Positions 18,922 to 29,904 are shown, numbered from the stretch's first letter. The stretch: DNA of 54,727 nucleotides from Minisyncoccia bacterium (GCA_041750655.1 JBGSYZ010000010.1:1-54727), one strand, 5' to 3'. Notes: generated by a model not told the origin, from the sequence alone. Translations and numbers: made by a program.

Positions 18922-19758
18922 ATGTCAAATGTACAAAAAATTATCGTTTTGTGTATCGCACTAGTAATAATCACGAGTGGAGTGTTTTTTGCCAGGAACG
19001 CCGAAGCTCCGATTATGGATAGCGATGATGAAGGTCAGATTACAGATAATGATGGCGACAGCTCCATTCCGACATCACCAGTAAATACCAGCGTTGGGGG
19101 AGAAAGTATTGAAGTGTACAATACCATCTCTGTTCCGAGTGAAAGTCGTAGTCTCGATCTATCAGGACAAAATCTTTCCGGTTCATTAAAGGCCGAAATC
19201 CGGATGGTCAGCACTCTTGAGCATATAGATTTAAGTAACAACAAGTTTACTGGTCTACCAGCGGAGATTGGACAATTAGGTAAGCTCGAGACACTGGATT
19301 TAAGTAATAATAACTTCACAGGCTTGCCTCATGAGCTTGGTAATCTCAGTAAGTTACAATACTTAAATCTTTCAGGAAATAATATTTCAGATTTTGATTT
19401 AAATGTAATTAAGAATAAATTACCGAACACTACTATCATCACCAATGATAGTGCCCCGGTAGCGTGTACGATGGATGCTAAGATTTGTCCAGATGGTAGT
19501 GCAGTGGGGCGCACCGCCCCGAATTGTGAATTTGCGGCCTGTCCAATTTCTCAGGAGGTAGTTTGTACTGATGTCATGAAACAAAACCAGGCCTGCACCA
19601 GAGAGTATCGACCAGTGTGTGGTTTAGTCCAAGTTCAGTGCATAACAACCCCGTGTGACCCAGTTCCAGAAACATTTAGTAATGGGTGTAGTGCCTGTGC
19701 TGCTGGAAATGTTGTTTCGTATACAGAGGGACAGTGTTCAGCGTTAGAAGTTAATTAA
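18922..19758 (+). CDS. Membrane-anchored leucine-rich repeat protein with Cys-rich (Kazal-like) C-terminal modules
   Basis: LxxLDLSNN repeats; ACTMDAKICPDGSAVGR..PNCEF..CP and CTREYRPVCG...TFSNGC.AC. Confidence 0.88.
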   Translation: MSNVQKIIVLCIALVIITSGVFFARNAEAPIMDSDDEGQITDNDGDSSIPTSPVNTSVGGESIEVYNTISVPSESRSLDLSGQNLSGSLKAEIRMVSTLEHIDLSNNKFTGLPAEIGQLGKLETLDLSNNNFTGLPHELGNLSKLQYLNLSGNNISDFDLNVIKNKLPNTTIITNDSAPVACTMDAKICPDGSAVGRTAPNCEFAACPISQEVVCTDVMKQNQACTREYRPVCGLVQVQCITTPCDPVPETFSNGCSACAAGNVVSYTEGQCSALEVN

Positions 19759-19765
19759 GGATTAT

Positions 19766-20161
19766 ATGAAAAAAGGATTTGTAACAAATATTGAAAAAGA
19801 AACCATTACTAATACTGATTACAGAAGAGTTTTGTATACCGGTGAACATAGTCAATTAGTGGTGATGAATTTACAACCAGGGGAAGAAATTGGTTCTGAA
19901 ACCCATGCTGGAATTGATCAATTTATTCGAGTGGAACAAGGCGAAGGCAAAGTGGTTCTAAACGGTAGCGAAGAACACTCGTTACCAGCCGAGCATGCGG
20001 TTATCATTCCTGCAGGTGTGGAGCATAATGTGATAAATGTTGGATCAGGAGAATTGAAATTGTATTCAATTTATTCTCCAGCTGAACACAAAGATGGTAC
20101 TGTCCACCCAACGAAAGCTGATGAAAAAGAAGAGCATTTTGATGGAGTTACTACTGAATAA
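19766..20161 (+). CDS. Cupin domain protein
   Basis: QLVVMNLQPGEEIGSETH..IDQFIRVEQG, IPAGVEHNV, LKLYSIYSP. Confidence 0.92.
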   Translation: MKKGFVTNIEKETITNTDYRRVLYTGEHSQLVVMNLQPGEEIGSETHAGIDQFIRVEQGEGKVVLNGSEEHSLPAEHAVIIPAGVEHNVINVGSGELKLYSIYSPAEHKDGTVHPTKADEKEEHFDGVTTE

Positions 20162-20237
20162 CATCCATGCTTCACGGTTGCTTGCCAACTTTGTATTTAG
20201 CGCTAGACTAACTATATATTACTAAGTCTCCCAAATC

Positions 20238-20879
20238 ATGAATACAAAAACACTAATTATTGCCGTAGTTCTTTTAGTAGCGGCTGCTGGTGGGTATTAT
20301 CTAGTTACTAATAATCAGTCTAGTTCCCCAGCTATGGTTGGAAATGATGATGGTCCTAACCAACCAGAAACTGCAGAAAATACGTTTACCGGTAAAAAAG
20401 GCATGGGCTCACTCATGGGTTTAATGGGTTTTGGTCAAAATACTATGTGTACATTTTCGTATGTTGACTCGAGTACCGGACAAACCAGTAGTGGTGAGTT
20501 TTATTATGATGGAGGTAATCAAAAATTTCGAGTTGATAGTAGTACACAAGCAGATGGAGCGGTATACGTCACTCATATGATCAATGACGGAGATTTTGCG
20601 TATGTGTGGAGCGAAGGGGAAGAGGAAAACTTTGCCATGAAAATGTCTGCCGATATGAGTGGTGATGCGAATACTCAAGACTACGACTCATCGGAACCAA
20701 ACAAACCGGTATCAATGGATCAAGAGGTAGAATATGACTGTAATTCGTGGCGTGTTGATAATAGTATGTTTATACCACCGAGCTCAATAGAATTTATGGA
20801 TATGGCCTCTATGATGCAGGCTGCCATGGAAGGAATGCCTGAAGGTTTTTCTCTACCGGAAGGATTTCCTGGTCAATAA
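20238..20879 (+). CDS. Secreted/membrane-anchored hypothetical protein
   Basis: N-terminal TM; beta-rich domain ending YDCNSW.VD.SMF.PP. Confidence 0.8.
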   Translation: MNTKTLIIAVVLLVAAAGGYYLVTNNQSSSPAMVGNDDGPNQPETAENTFTGKKGMGSLMGLMGFGQNTMCTFSYVDSSTGQTSSGEFYYDGGNQKFRVDSSTQADGAVYVTHMINDGDFAYVWSEGEEENFAMKMSADMSGDANTQDYDSSEPNKPVSMDQEVEYDCNSWRVDNSMFIPPSSIEFMDMASMMQAAMEGMPEGFSLPEGFPGQ

Positions 20880-20946
20880 GTCAGACTTCTAAACATGTGG
20901 TAAACTTTCGTTATTAATGATGTAAGGTTTATTTAACATTTCATGT

Positions 20947-21747
20947 ATGAAACCATTGTATGTACTTTTGTTTGTCGTTGTAATTGTGGCCGGATTTTAT
21001 TTTGTGGCCGGACCGCCAAATAGCATTGTAAAAAATGGTGAACCTCAAGAACAGGTTAGAGAGGATGATAGTAAAAATGAAGACCTAAACAACGAAGACA
21101 CAACTGAGACAGCTGTGGTTGAGGATACTGACCAACGTTCATTGGGAGATGATTCTGGAATGGAATTCCCTAGCATGGATGTTGAAAAATTGATTGTCGC
21201 TGATGGTTCATACAATGTTAATGCGCAGTCGAGCATTGTGCGTTGGGCGGGCAAGAAGCCGCTTATCAGCGGTTACACCAACTCCGGTACTATAGCAGTT
21301 AGTGACGGAACTATTACAGTAGCCAATGATACTGCTACAGGTAACTTCACTATTGATATGAATACACTTGATGTTGGTTTAACTGCCAAAAAGCCTGGCC
21401 AAGAAGGTACTCTCGAAGGACATTTAAAGAGTGATAAGTGGTTTGACGTAGCGACGTATCCGACCGCGTCATTTGTCATTACCAACGTAGCCAAACGAGC
21501 GGATAGTGACGAGAGTCATATATATAATGTAACTGGTGATCTAACCATGAAAGGAGTTACTAACGAAATATCTTTTCCGGCAGAGATTTATCAAACACCA
21601 GCGGGAGAGGTACGGGCTATCGCTGCTACGGAAATAGATCGTACCAAGTGGGGCATTACAGCTGGTTCCGGTTCATTTTTTGACGATCTGGCTGACAATG
21701 TCATTGATGACATGATTGCTATTTCGTTTGATATTGTCGCACGATAA
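20947..21747 (+). CDS. YceI family lipid/polyisoprenoid-binding protein
   Basis: HLKSDKWFDVATYPTASF, GDLTMKGVT, IDRTKWGI. Confidence 0.92.
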   Translation: MKPLYVLLFVVVIVAGFYFVAGPPNSIVKNGEPQEQVREDDSKNEDLNNEDTTETAVVEDTDQRSLGDDSGMEFPSMDVEKLIVADGSYNVNAQSSIVRWAGKKPLISGYTNSGTIAVSDGTITVANDTATGNFTIDMNTLDVGLTAKKPGQEGTLEGHLKSDKWFDVATYPTASFVITNVAKRADSDESHIYNVTGDLTMKGVTNEISFPAEIYQTPAGEVRAIAATEIDRTKWGITAGSGSFFDDLADNVIDDMIAISFDIVAR

Positions 21748-21758
21748 TTAGTTTCTCA

Positions 21759-22466
21759 TTAGTTGTGTAAAAAATTTTCGTTCACTGCTGGAGCGACTGC
21801 AACTGCTGTTATAACGTCATTTGTTTTTAGTACATAGTGAGGCAGAGACTCAGTCTGTAAATCAAGCACTAGTTCCTGCAGCTTTGTGTTAGAGATAGTT
21901 TTAGTGATGGTGTCATGTTCAGTAAACAACCAGTCTGCTAGTTCTGGGTCTAAACGGTACGCTTGGCCATTGACTGCGGCTAACTCATTCCCTAACAGAC
22001 CAGTACTGACTTCAAGAGCAATATCAAGCATGTGATTTTTTCTGTTCTTTGTTTCAGATTGATTAATAAAAACTCTCATGTGTGATTTCCGTTTCTTTTT
22101 CTTTTTTATCATGCCTAGAGTGGGGCCAATTATGGCCACTCCGACAATACCTAAGACAATATCCTGTGGGGATTCATAATTTTTGGCCCAAGTGACTAGA
22201 ATTGCTTGTGCCTCGCTAGTTTTTTTAGACTTATGTACAGTTATTTCTTGCAGTAGCCACACTGTTCGATTTTCTGCTTCTTCTAGATTCTGGGGACAGA
22301 GATATTTGGATGGTGTTACAAATGCAGTTGGCTGCTTTTCGTCCAAAATCCTTTGTACATGAGCATAGAGCAGGTCAGCAAAGTCGGTATCGGTTTTTGC
22401 ATAGGCAACCAGAGCAGCGGCGTGGTGTGCCAGCCTGTTCAAAGTTTTTGTTTGGATAGAATTCAT
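21759..22466 (-). CDS. Hypothetical protein (central TM)
   Basis: 235-aa ORF. Confidence 0.7.
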   Translation of the reverse strand: MNSIQTKTLNRLAHHAAALVAYAKTDTDFADLLYAHVQRILDEKQPTAFVTPSKYLCPQNLEEAENRTVWLLQEITVHKSKKTSEAQAILVTWAKNYESPQDIVLGIVGVAIIGPTLGMIKKKKKRKSHMRVFINQSETKNRKNHMLDIALEVSTGLLGNELAAVNGQAYRLDPELADWLFTEHDTITKTISNTKLQELVLDLQTESLPHYVLKTNDVITAVAVAPAVNENFLHN

Positions 22467-22576
22467 AGGAGAAGGTTAATGTTTGTATACTTGTAGTATA
22501 TGACGTTATTAAACTCTGTCTAGATGTTACACTAATTTATTGAGCATCACATTTATTTTGGTGATTTTATGAAAGA

Positions 22577-22618
22577 AAAGTATAAAATAAGCTTCACAAA
22601 GTATAAAATAAGCTTCAC
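22577..22618 (+). repeat. Perfect 21-bp tandem duplication
   Basis: aaagtataaaataagcttcac x2. Confidence 0.9.
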
Positions 22619-22745
22619 GCAGGCGCACTTAGATGTGCCGACACGAACACCTGGGCCAATTTTTCAAGTTGTTGCTCATTCAACTCCGTTCACGACAATA
22701 AAAGAAACTGTCTACACAACCGATCAGTGGGTATATAATTAAACT

Positions 22746-23237
22746 ATGAAAAGTTTTCTAGAATTCGTTGCCATCGTTCTGTGTTTAGGATTTGTGGGCT
22801 ATTCAATATATGTTAACCAAGATAAAATCGTACATTTCTTTTATGGAGAGCCAACACACGTTATTAACATTCAAGGAGCGCGCTTTTTTGCTACGTTAGC
22901 CAATACTCCTGAGGCACGAGAAAAAGGTTTGTCTGGAACAGAAAAACTAGATGATTTGCAAGTGATGTTATTTGCGTTTGATACAAATGATACACACGGT
23001 ATTTGGATGAAAGATATGAATTATCCAATTGATATTTTTTGGGTGTCTGAAGACTTTCAAATTGTTCATATTGAAAAACGAGTGGGTCCGGAGACATTTC
23101 CTAAAACTTTTAGGCCACATACACCATCTCGGTATGTTATTGAGAGTAACGCCAACGTAGCCGAAGCCTTCAATATTCATGAAGGTGATCTCGTTATCTT
23201 CCCAGATTCACTTATGGACAAAATATTGTCTAATTAG
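22746..23237 (+). CDS. DUF192 domain protein
   Basis: ANTPEAREKGLS, MLF.F, IWMKDMNYPIDIFW, YVIE. Confidence 0.9.
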   Translation: MKSFLEFVAIVLCLGFVGYSIYVNQDKIVHFFYGEPTHVINIQGARFFATLANTPEAREKGLSGTEKLDDLQVMLFAFDTNDTHGIWMKDMNYPIDIFWVSEDFQIVHIEKRVGPETFPKTFRPHTPSRYVIESNANVAEAFNIHEGDLVIFPDSLMDKILSN

Positions 23238-23261
23238 CAAATTGTTGTATAATGCTGCCAA

Positions 23262-23684
23262 TCGCGAAATGATTGCTTGGTAGCGTGCTGCCAAGAGGAA
23301 AGTCCGAACACGCCCTGATTCTATATGTTTCAGGAGACAGGTAGCGGGTAACTCCCGTCGTAGGCGAAAGTCTATAGAGGTGCGAGCAGAGACGTCGGCG
23401 GCGAAAGCCAATGAGTTCCCAAATATATATTTGGTGAATAGTCGGTGTGGTGACATACCGAGTGAAACGGCAAAATCCTTACGTGCGTGCAAGACCGTGC
23501 CCAGCCCCAGATTCGTGGTCGTTATCACATCGCTTTATTAAGACAGCCTAGTCTGTGTTACACAGCGGAGTGTGAATTACTATGAATCTGGGGCTGGGAG
23601 TGTCGCCAGAGCAGTATGGCAACATACTGCCTAGGTAAATAATCATTGAGGGCCTAGCCCTTACAGAATTCGGCTTATACGCGA
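23262..23684 (+). ncRNA. rnpB: RNase P RNA
   Basis: GAGGAAAGTCC near the 5' end, GTGAAACGG, ACAGAATTCGGCTTA near the 3' end, closing P1 tcgcg/cgcga, TATAAT upstream, terminator downstream. Confidence 0.95.
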
Positions 23685-23688
23685 GAAA

Positions 23689-23717
23689 GAAAAACCTCTA
23701 CTTTGTAGGGGTTTTTT
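23689..23717 (+). terminator. Terminator after rnpB
   Basis: gaaaaacctctac/gtaggggttttttc. Confidence 0.75.
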
Positions 23718-23771
23718 CGTATGTTATTCTATATGTTGAATTATCTAAGGTGGTATTAACTGTTTTAAACA

Positions 23772-26261
23772 ATGCAAAATATGGAGTTTAGAGAATCAGA
23801 AGCAGCACCCAAAGACGGTGTTTCAAATGTGCTGAAGTCAGTCAGTCAAAATATAGTAATTTTTGTTTTTGGTGTTCTGCCATTGTTTTTCTTACCAATA
23901 GCGTTTGCTCCTTTTGATCACACCAAGATTTTATTTGTGATTGTTGGCTTAATGTTGGCTCTAGTGTTCTTTAGTTTGTCAGTATTGCGCTCAGGTACGC
24001 TTACCATGAGTTCTCCAACTAGCATATTTATTATATGGCTTATACCGTTTAGTGCCATTGTTTCCTCTCTCATATCGGGAGATATATACGACTCACTCAT
24101 AGGTGATTCGTTTTCAACACAGTCAGCTCTGTTTTTAGTTTTGTTAGCGGCTATTACTACCGGAGTCACTTTAATTCTTAATCAGAAAACTGCTATTCTT
24201 CGTTTCTATGTTTTGCTTTTAACGGTTTCGATTTTACTTGGCTTGTTTCATTTGTGTAGGATAGTTTTCGGCACTGATTTTTTAAACTTTGGAATATTTC
24301 AGGGTTCAGTCTCCACTCCACTCGGCAGTTGGAATGACCTAGGTTTATTTTTTGGTTTAGCAGTTATTTTGTCGCTGGTAGCACTTGAACAATTACCAAT
24401 TACTAAACTCGGTAAAATTATTGTTAGTAGTATTATCTTGCTATCTCTAGTTATATTAGCAGTAGTAAACTTTTTTGGAGTTTGGATAGTATTGGGGGCA
24501 GTGAGCCTTATTATGCTTATTTATTCAATAAGCAAAGATAGATTTGGAGGTAATACTTTTACACAAAGTGAAAAAAATTCATCCGTTGGGTCTATTGTAA
24601 TTTCGTTAGTTGTTTTTGCCACTTCATTTATATTTATTGTCGGCGGTACAGCTGTTGGTGGTGTAGTTTCTAATATGACCGGTATTTCATTTATTGAAGT
24701 ACGACCTTCGTTTTCAGCCACTATTGATATTGCTAAAAATGTCTATTCTGAGAATGCTTTTGTGGGAATAGGTCCAAACAAATTTATTGATGCATGGCGG
24801 TTACATAAAGACCCGTCAATAAACCAAACTGTTTTTTGGGGCACCGATTTCGTCGCCGGTAATGGGTATGTCGCAACACTACTGGCAACTACCGGTATTT
24901 TAGGCATCGTGTCGTGGCTGGTGTTTTTTATCTTCTATATACGAACAGGTTTACGCATGCTTTTTAAGAGCCAAAGTGGCGACAAGCTGTTCTTCTTTAT
25001 CGGGACTTCTTCATTCATTGCCTCAGTGTATCTTTGGGGAATGGCGTTGTTGTACGTTCCTTCAGCTACCATGCTGATGTTGCTCGCTTTGTTTACCGGT
25101 ATTACCTACACTGTCTATAGTGGTCTGATTCCTAACACCGCCAAGACCATTACTTTTAGTAATGATAAACGGACTGGCTTTGTTCTTGTTACCATTATAA
25201 TGGTTCTGATTATCGGTTCAGTGACAACTATGTATACTGCCGGGCGACACTACGCCGCTTCATACGTTTTTGCTAAAGCCTTAAGTAGCATTGGTGATGG
25301 AACTTCATTAGAATCAGTTGAACAAACTATTTCTGACGCGTACAGTCTTTCTAATAGCGATGTGTTTGCTCGCCAAGTGGCTGGGTATCAAATTGCTCGA
25401 ATGAATACCTTGTTGTCTTTACAAGAACCAACGCCGGAACAGCAACAACAATTCCAAACAGCGGTCGCTAATGGAGTAAATTCAGCTCGCTTAGCTGTTG
25501 ATACAGATGGTTCAGACGCAACCAATTGGGCAACACTCGGTGCTGTATATAGCGTAGTGTCGCTGGCTGGTATTGAGGGAGCCTATGATCGATCCAAGGA
25601 AGCATTTTTGCAGGCCAGAGCGCTTGATCCGAACAATCCATCGTACATACTGGCCGAAGCCCAACTTGAATCAAGAAACGGAAATCTTGAGTCTGCCAAA
25701 GCTTTTGCTGAAGAAGCTATTCGTTTAAGACCACAATATGTTGAAGCGGTGAATTTCTTGTCACAAATTGAAGTAGCGGCCGGTAATGTTGCCGGGGCGA
25801 TAGAATCAACCATTGCGGCCACTCGACTCGAACCAAACAATCCTTCACGGTATTATCAGTTGGGCGTACTGTATTCTTCAAACGCCGACATTCCGAACGC
25901 TACGGCAGCCTTTGAGCGAGCAGTAGCCCTTGACCCAAATTTTGCTAATGCTCGGTATTTCTTGGCTCTGGCGTATATTGAACAAGGTCGTAAAGAAGAT
26001 GCAGTAGAACAACTACAAGTTGTAGCCAGCCTCAATCCTGACAACACAGATTTACCAAATTTAATTTCACAAGTTAAGTCTGGAGAAATAGTCGACACAC
26101 CACTTTCAGTTAATCAAGTAACGGAACCTAATCCAGTTACCCAAGCTGGTGATAGTGTATCTTCTACCGATGTTCCAGACACACCTTTAGTCTCACCAGT
26201 TAACCCAGGGGTCGGAACAGCTAATGAGGGTTCCGCTGAGGTTAGTGTCCCAGCAGAGTAA
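23772..26261 (+). CDS. Multi-TM membrane protein (O-antigen ligase/Wzy-like) with C-terminal TPR repeats
   Basis: About 12 TM helices, GIGPNKF and TTGILG motifs, TPR repeats ALDPN... Confidence 0.85.
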   Translation: MQNMEFRESEAAPKDGVSNVLKSVSQNIVIFVFGVLPLFFLPIAFAPFDHTKILFVIVGLMLALVFFSLSVLRSGTLTMSSPTSIFIIWLIPFSAIVSSLISGDIYDSLIGDSFSTQSALFLVLLAAITTGVTLILNQKTAILRFYVLLLTVSILLGLFHLCRIVFGTDFLNFGIFQGSVSTPLGSWNDLGLFFGLAVILSLVALEQLPITKLGKIIVSSIILLSLVILAVVNFFGVWIVLGAVSLIMLIYSISKDRFGGNTFTQSEKNSSVGSIVISLVVFATSFIFIVGGTAVGGVVSNMTGISFIEVRPSFSATIDIAKNVYSENAFVGIGPNKFIDAWRLHKDPSINQTVFWGTDFVAGNGYVATLLATTGILGIVSWLVFFIFYIRTGLRMLFKSQSGDKLFFFIGTSSFIASVYLWGMALLYVPSATMLMLLALFTGITYTVYSGLIPNTAKTITFSNDKRTGFVLVTIIMVLIIGSVTTMYTAGRHYAASYVFAKALSSIGDGTSLESVEQTISDAYSLSNSDVFARQVAGYQIARMNTLLSLQEPTPEQQQQFQTAVANGVNSARLAVDTDGSDATNWATLGAVYSVVSLAGIEGAYDRSKEAFLQARALDPNNPSYILAEAQLESRNGNLESAKAFAEEAIRLRPQYVEAVNFLSQIEVAAGNVAGAIESTIAATRLEPNNPSRYYQLGVLYSSNADIPNATAAFERAVALDPNFANARYFLALAYIEQGRKEDAVEQLQVVASLNPDNTDLPNLISQVKSGEIVDTPLSVNQVTEPNPVTQAGDSVSSTDVPDTPLVSPVNPGVGTANEGSAEVSVPAE

Positions 26262-26264
26262 TTC

Positions 26265-27941
26265 ATGGTACGACGAGTATTACAAATGGTATTTCGTGAA
26301 GTACGCGGCCTACACCAGGCCGCGTACGTGTTGGCAGTATTTACCTTCGGCTCACAAGTACTGGCTCTCATACGAGACCGTTTGCTTGCCTCACAGTTTG
26401 GTGCTGATGAAACCTTAGATATATACTATGCCGCCTTCAAGATTCCTGATTTATTATTTGTGTTGTTTGCTTCAACTTTATCTGTGTATGTTCTTATTCC
26501 GTTCGTTGCTGCTAAGCGAGACCAGGAGAGTTCTGCCTCAGCTGGAGTTTTGTTGAGTCAAGTCTTTTCTGTATTTCTCGTTACGTATAGTGTTTTGGCT
26601 TTGATTATTGCAGTATTAACTCCACACCTCGTACCTTTATTTTTCCCAGGTCTTGTTGAAAAAAGCGACGAACTAACTCTTCTTATCAGAATACTTTTGC
26701 TTCAACCTCTGTTCTTAGGGGTATCGAGTTTGTTTGGTGTTATTACTCAGCTTAGTCACCGATTTGTTCTGTATGCCATTAGTCCACTTGTATATAACCT
26801 AGGAATAATTCTCGGTATTGTAATGTTGTATCCAATATATGGCATCGCTGGTTTGGCATACGGAGTGATAATTGGAGCTATCGCTCATATGCTTATCCAA
26901 ATACCGTTCGTTAGAAAAAGTGAACTTAAATTTGGTTTCAGCAGGAAGGTCGATGCTGCTCAACTGTCTAGTATTCTTACTATTTCTTTACCCCGGGCTC
27001 TGACTCTGTCGCTCAATCAAATCACTTTACTATTTTTGGTTGGACTGGCGAGTGCTATGACAGTTGGTTCAGTAGCGGTATTTCAATTCGCGTATAATCT
27101 CAACTCAGTACCTTTAGCTATTGTTGGTGTGAGTTATTCAGTGGCAGCCTTTCCACTATTAGCAGAACTTTTTGCTAAAGGTGACCTGTCTACTTTTAGA
27201 CTGCATATTAACTCAGCTCTACGCCACATTATCTTTTGGTCAGTACCGGCCATTGCTCTTATAGTAGTTTTACGGGCTCAAATTGTCCGGGTCGTTTTGG
27301 GTTCAGGGGCGTTCAACTGGGATGATACTCGTCTTACTGCCGCGGTATTGGCCATTTTAGCTATATCATTGGTTGCCCAGGCAATTAATTTATTATTTAT
27401 TCGAGCCCTGTATGCCGGAGGTCACACGAGAGCCCCGCTCCTTATTTCGGGTTTCGGGTTCGTGGCTTCGATAGTTATGGCGTACGTGTTTTACAATTCT
27501 TTCTTGGCCTATGACAGCGTTCGTTCTATTTTCGAATATGTGTTTCGGGTTACAGATGTACCAGGTACAGAGGTCCTCATGATAGCGGTGGCGTATTCGA
27601 TTTCCGTTATTGGCCAAAGTCTGTTCTTATCATCGACTATCATTCGTTATTACCATGTTACCTTGCATTGGGTGAAGGAGCGTTTGCTAAAGTCAGTTAC
27701 TGCCGCCGTTATCGGTGGAGTAACTTCATACGTCACATTAAATTTTGTAGTCTTTGGTATCAATGAGGAGAGATTCTTAGGAATTGTCCTTCAGGGAGGA
27801 GTTGCTGGACTTTTTGGTGTCATTGCTATTATTTGGGCCTATTATCTATTAAAAATGCCTGAATTCTTTGAAGTAAAAGAAACTCTGCATAGAAGAGTGT
27901 TTAAGGTGTCGAACCCGGTTGTAACTGATGAACCACTCTAG
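26265..27941 (+). CDS. murJ: Lipid II flippase MurJ (MviN)
   Basis: LALIRDRLLASQFGA, YYAAFKIPD, P..YNLGII, SVAAFP, RALYA. Confidence 0.9.
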   Translation: MVRRVLQMVFREVRGLHQAAYVLAVFTFGSQVLALIRDRLLASQFGADETLDIYYAAFKIPDLLFVLFASTLSVYVLIPFVAAKRDQESSASAGVLLSQVFSVFLVTYSVLALIIAVLTPHLVPLFFPGLVEKSDELTLLIRILLLQPLFLGVSSLFGVITQLSHRFVLYAISPLVYNLGIILGIVMLYPIYGIAGLAYGVIIGAIAHMLIQIPFVRKSELKFGFSRKVDAAQLSSILTISLPRALTLSLNQITLLFLVGLASAMTVGSVAVFQFAYNLNSVPLAIVGVSYSVAAFPLLAELFAKGDLSTFRLHINSALRHIIFWSVPAIALIVVLRAQIVRVVLGSGAFNWDDTRLTAAVLAILAISLVAQAINLLFIRALYAGGHTRAPLLISGFGFVASIVMAYVFYNSFLAYDSVRSIFEYVFRVTDVPGTEVLMIAVAYSISVIGQSLFLSSTIIRYYHVTLHWVKERLLKSVTAAVIGGVTSYVTLNFVVFGINEERFLGIVLQGGVAGLFGVIAIIWAYYLLKMPEFFEVKETLHRRVFKVSNPVVTDEPL

Positions 27942-27977
27942 CCAGCCATCGCAACATACTGTACAGTACCACTCACT

Positions 27978-29768
27978 ATGGCCGAAATTAGGAACTTTAG
28001 TATTATCGCGCATATTGATCATGGCAAATCTACTTTGGCTGATCGTATGCTCGAACAAACCAAAACAGTAGAAGCTCGCCTCATGAAAGAACAGGTGCTT
28101 GATTCTATGGAGCTCGAGCGCGAGCGGGGAATCACCATCAAGATGCAACCAGCTCGGATGAGCTACTTGCATGGTGATAAAGAGTATATTCTCAACCTTA
28201 TCGACACTCCTGGACACATCGATTTTTCGTACGAAGTTTCCCGAGCCCTTAATGCGGTGGAAGGGGTATTACTGTTGGTTGATTGTACACAAGGGGTGCA
28301 AGCTCAGACACTCACCACTCTGCAGATGGCTAAAGACCACGGTCTCACAATAATTCCAGTACTTTCCAAAATAGACGTACCTCATGGTCGGATTAAAGAG
28401 GTTGGTGACGAAATCATTAATCTTCTCGGCTGCACACGAGAAGATATTATGTTGGCTTCTGGTAAGACTGGTCAAGGAGTACCAGAGCTTCTAGAAGCTA
28501 TTTGTGAACGTATTCCAGCTCCCATCAACACCCCAGATACAACCTATCGCGGTCTTATTTTTGATTTCGAATATTCAAATCATCGTGGCATTATCGTGTA
28601 CCAGCGAGTGGTTGATGGCGTGATTAAGAAGGGAGACGCCCTCGAATTTGCCGCTACTGGCAAAAAATTTGTGGCGCTTGAAGTTGGTATTTTAGCTCCA
28701 CAGGAAGTACCAGTGGCCAGCTTAAGCTCGGGAGAAATTGGCTACATTGTGACCGGTATAAAGGAGCCAGGTGTGGCTGGGGTAGGAGATACCTTGCGTC
28801 TCGAAAAAAGCACCGCTGAGCCATTGCCTGGTTATCAAGAAGCTCCTCCCGTAGTGTGGTCGTCGGTTTTTCCAGAAAGCCAAGATGATTTTACGATGCT
28901 GCGCCAGGCGTTGGATAGATTACGATTATCTGACTCGTCACTTTCGTACGAAGAAGAATCTTCTGGTATCCTTGGCCGAGGTTTTCGCTGTGGTTTTTTG
29001 GGGATGCTCCATATGGAAATTATTACCGAACGGCTGCGACGAGAATTTGATATAGAGATTATTATTACTGCGCCGTCGATTTCTTACGAAGTGACGTGGC
29101 CGGACGGCAAGGTAGAGGAAATATACGCGGCTACCCGTTTTCCGAATCATGGCGATAAAGTCGAGGTACGTGAACCCTGGATTTTGGGGCAGATAATTCT
29201 ACCGGGCGAATACATGGGTAACATTATGACGCTTTTGTATGAACACGAAGGCAGTGTGATTGATACTGAGGTGTTTGGTGATGGGAGAACTCTTTTGGCG
29301 ATAGAAATGCCGTTGCGAGAACTAATGAGAGGTTTTTTCGATAAACTTAAAAATGCCAGCAGTGGCTACGCGTCACTCTCGTATGAGATAGCAGAAATGC
29401 GACCGGCTAATGTCACTAGACTTGATATTCTGGTAGCAGAAGAACTCATCCCCGCCTTTTCTCGAGTGGTTGGTATCATGCGGGCTGAAACTGAAGCTAA
29501 AGCCATCACTGAAAAATTGTATACCACCCTTCCGCGTCAGCAATTTGCTACTAAAATCCAAGCGATGGTCATGGGGAAGCTCACGGCCACCAAAAAATTA
29601 TCAGCGCTTCGCAAAGACGTGACCGCGAAGCTTTATGGTGGTGATATCACTCGAAAAATGAAACTGCGAGAAAATCAAAAGCGTGGGAAGAAAAAAATGT
29701 TGGAGCGGGGGACAGGGAATGTGCATATACCTCCCGATGTCTTCATGAAAATGATGAAAGATGACTAA
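27978..29768 (+). CDS. lepA: Elongation factor 4 (LepA)
   Basis: IRNFSIIAHIDHGKSTLADR, GFRCGFLGMLH, RKDVTAKLYGGDITRK. Confidence 0.97.
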   Translation: MAEIRNFSIIAHIDHGKSTLADRMLEQTKTVEARLMKEQVLDSMELERERGITIKMQPARMSYLHGDKEYILNLIDTPGHIDFSYEVSRALNAVEGVLLLVDCTQGVQAQTLTTLQMAKDHGLTIIPVLSKIDVPHGRIKEVGDEIINLLGCTREDIMLASGKTGQGVPELLEAICERIPAPINTPDTTYRGLIFDFEYSNHRGIIVYQRVVDGVIKKGDALEFAATGKKFVALEVGILAPQEVPVASLSSGEIGYIVTGIKEPGVAGVGDTLRLEKSTAEPLPGYQEAPPVVWSSVFPESQDDFTMLRQALDRLRLSDSSLSYEEESSGILGRGFRCGFLGMLHMEIITERLRREFDIEIIITAPSISYEVTWPDGKVEEIYAATRFPNHGDKVEVREPWILGQIILPGEYMGNIMTLLYEHEGSVIDTEVFGDGRTLLAIEMPLRELMRGFFDKLKNASSGYASLSYEIAEMRPANVTRLDILVAEELIPAFSRVVGIMRAETEAKAITEKLYTTLPRQQFATKIQAMVMGKLTATKKLSALRKDVTAKLYGGDITRKMKLRENQKRGKKKMLERGTGNVHIPPDVFMKMMKDD

Positions 29769-29904
29769 AACGTACCCATCTGCTTTGTTGCAGTTCGGTA
29801 AAATGATTGTCGCCGTATGTCTAATACGCCTCCAATCATTTTCCTCCTGCGCCGCGCAGCTGCAGCAATTTTAATCTTCTCGTAGGAGAGTTTGTAAAAC
29901 AAAA

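Noticed and set aside
23208-23528. 106-aa minus-strand ORF
   Set aside because: Overlaps the RNase P RNA gene.
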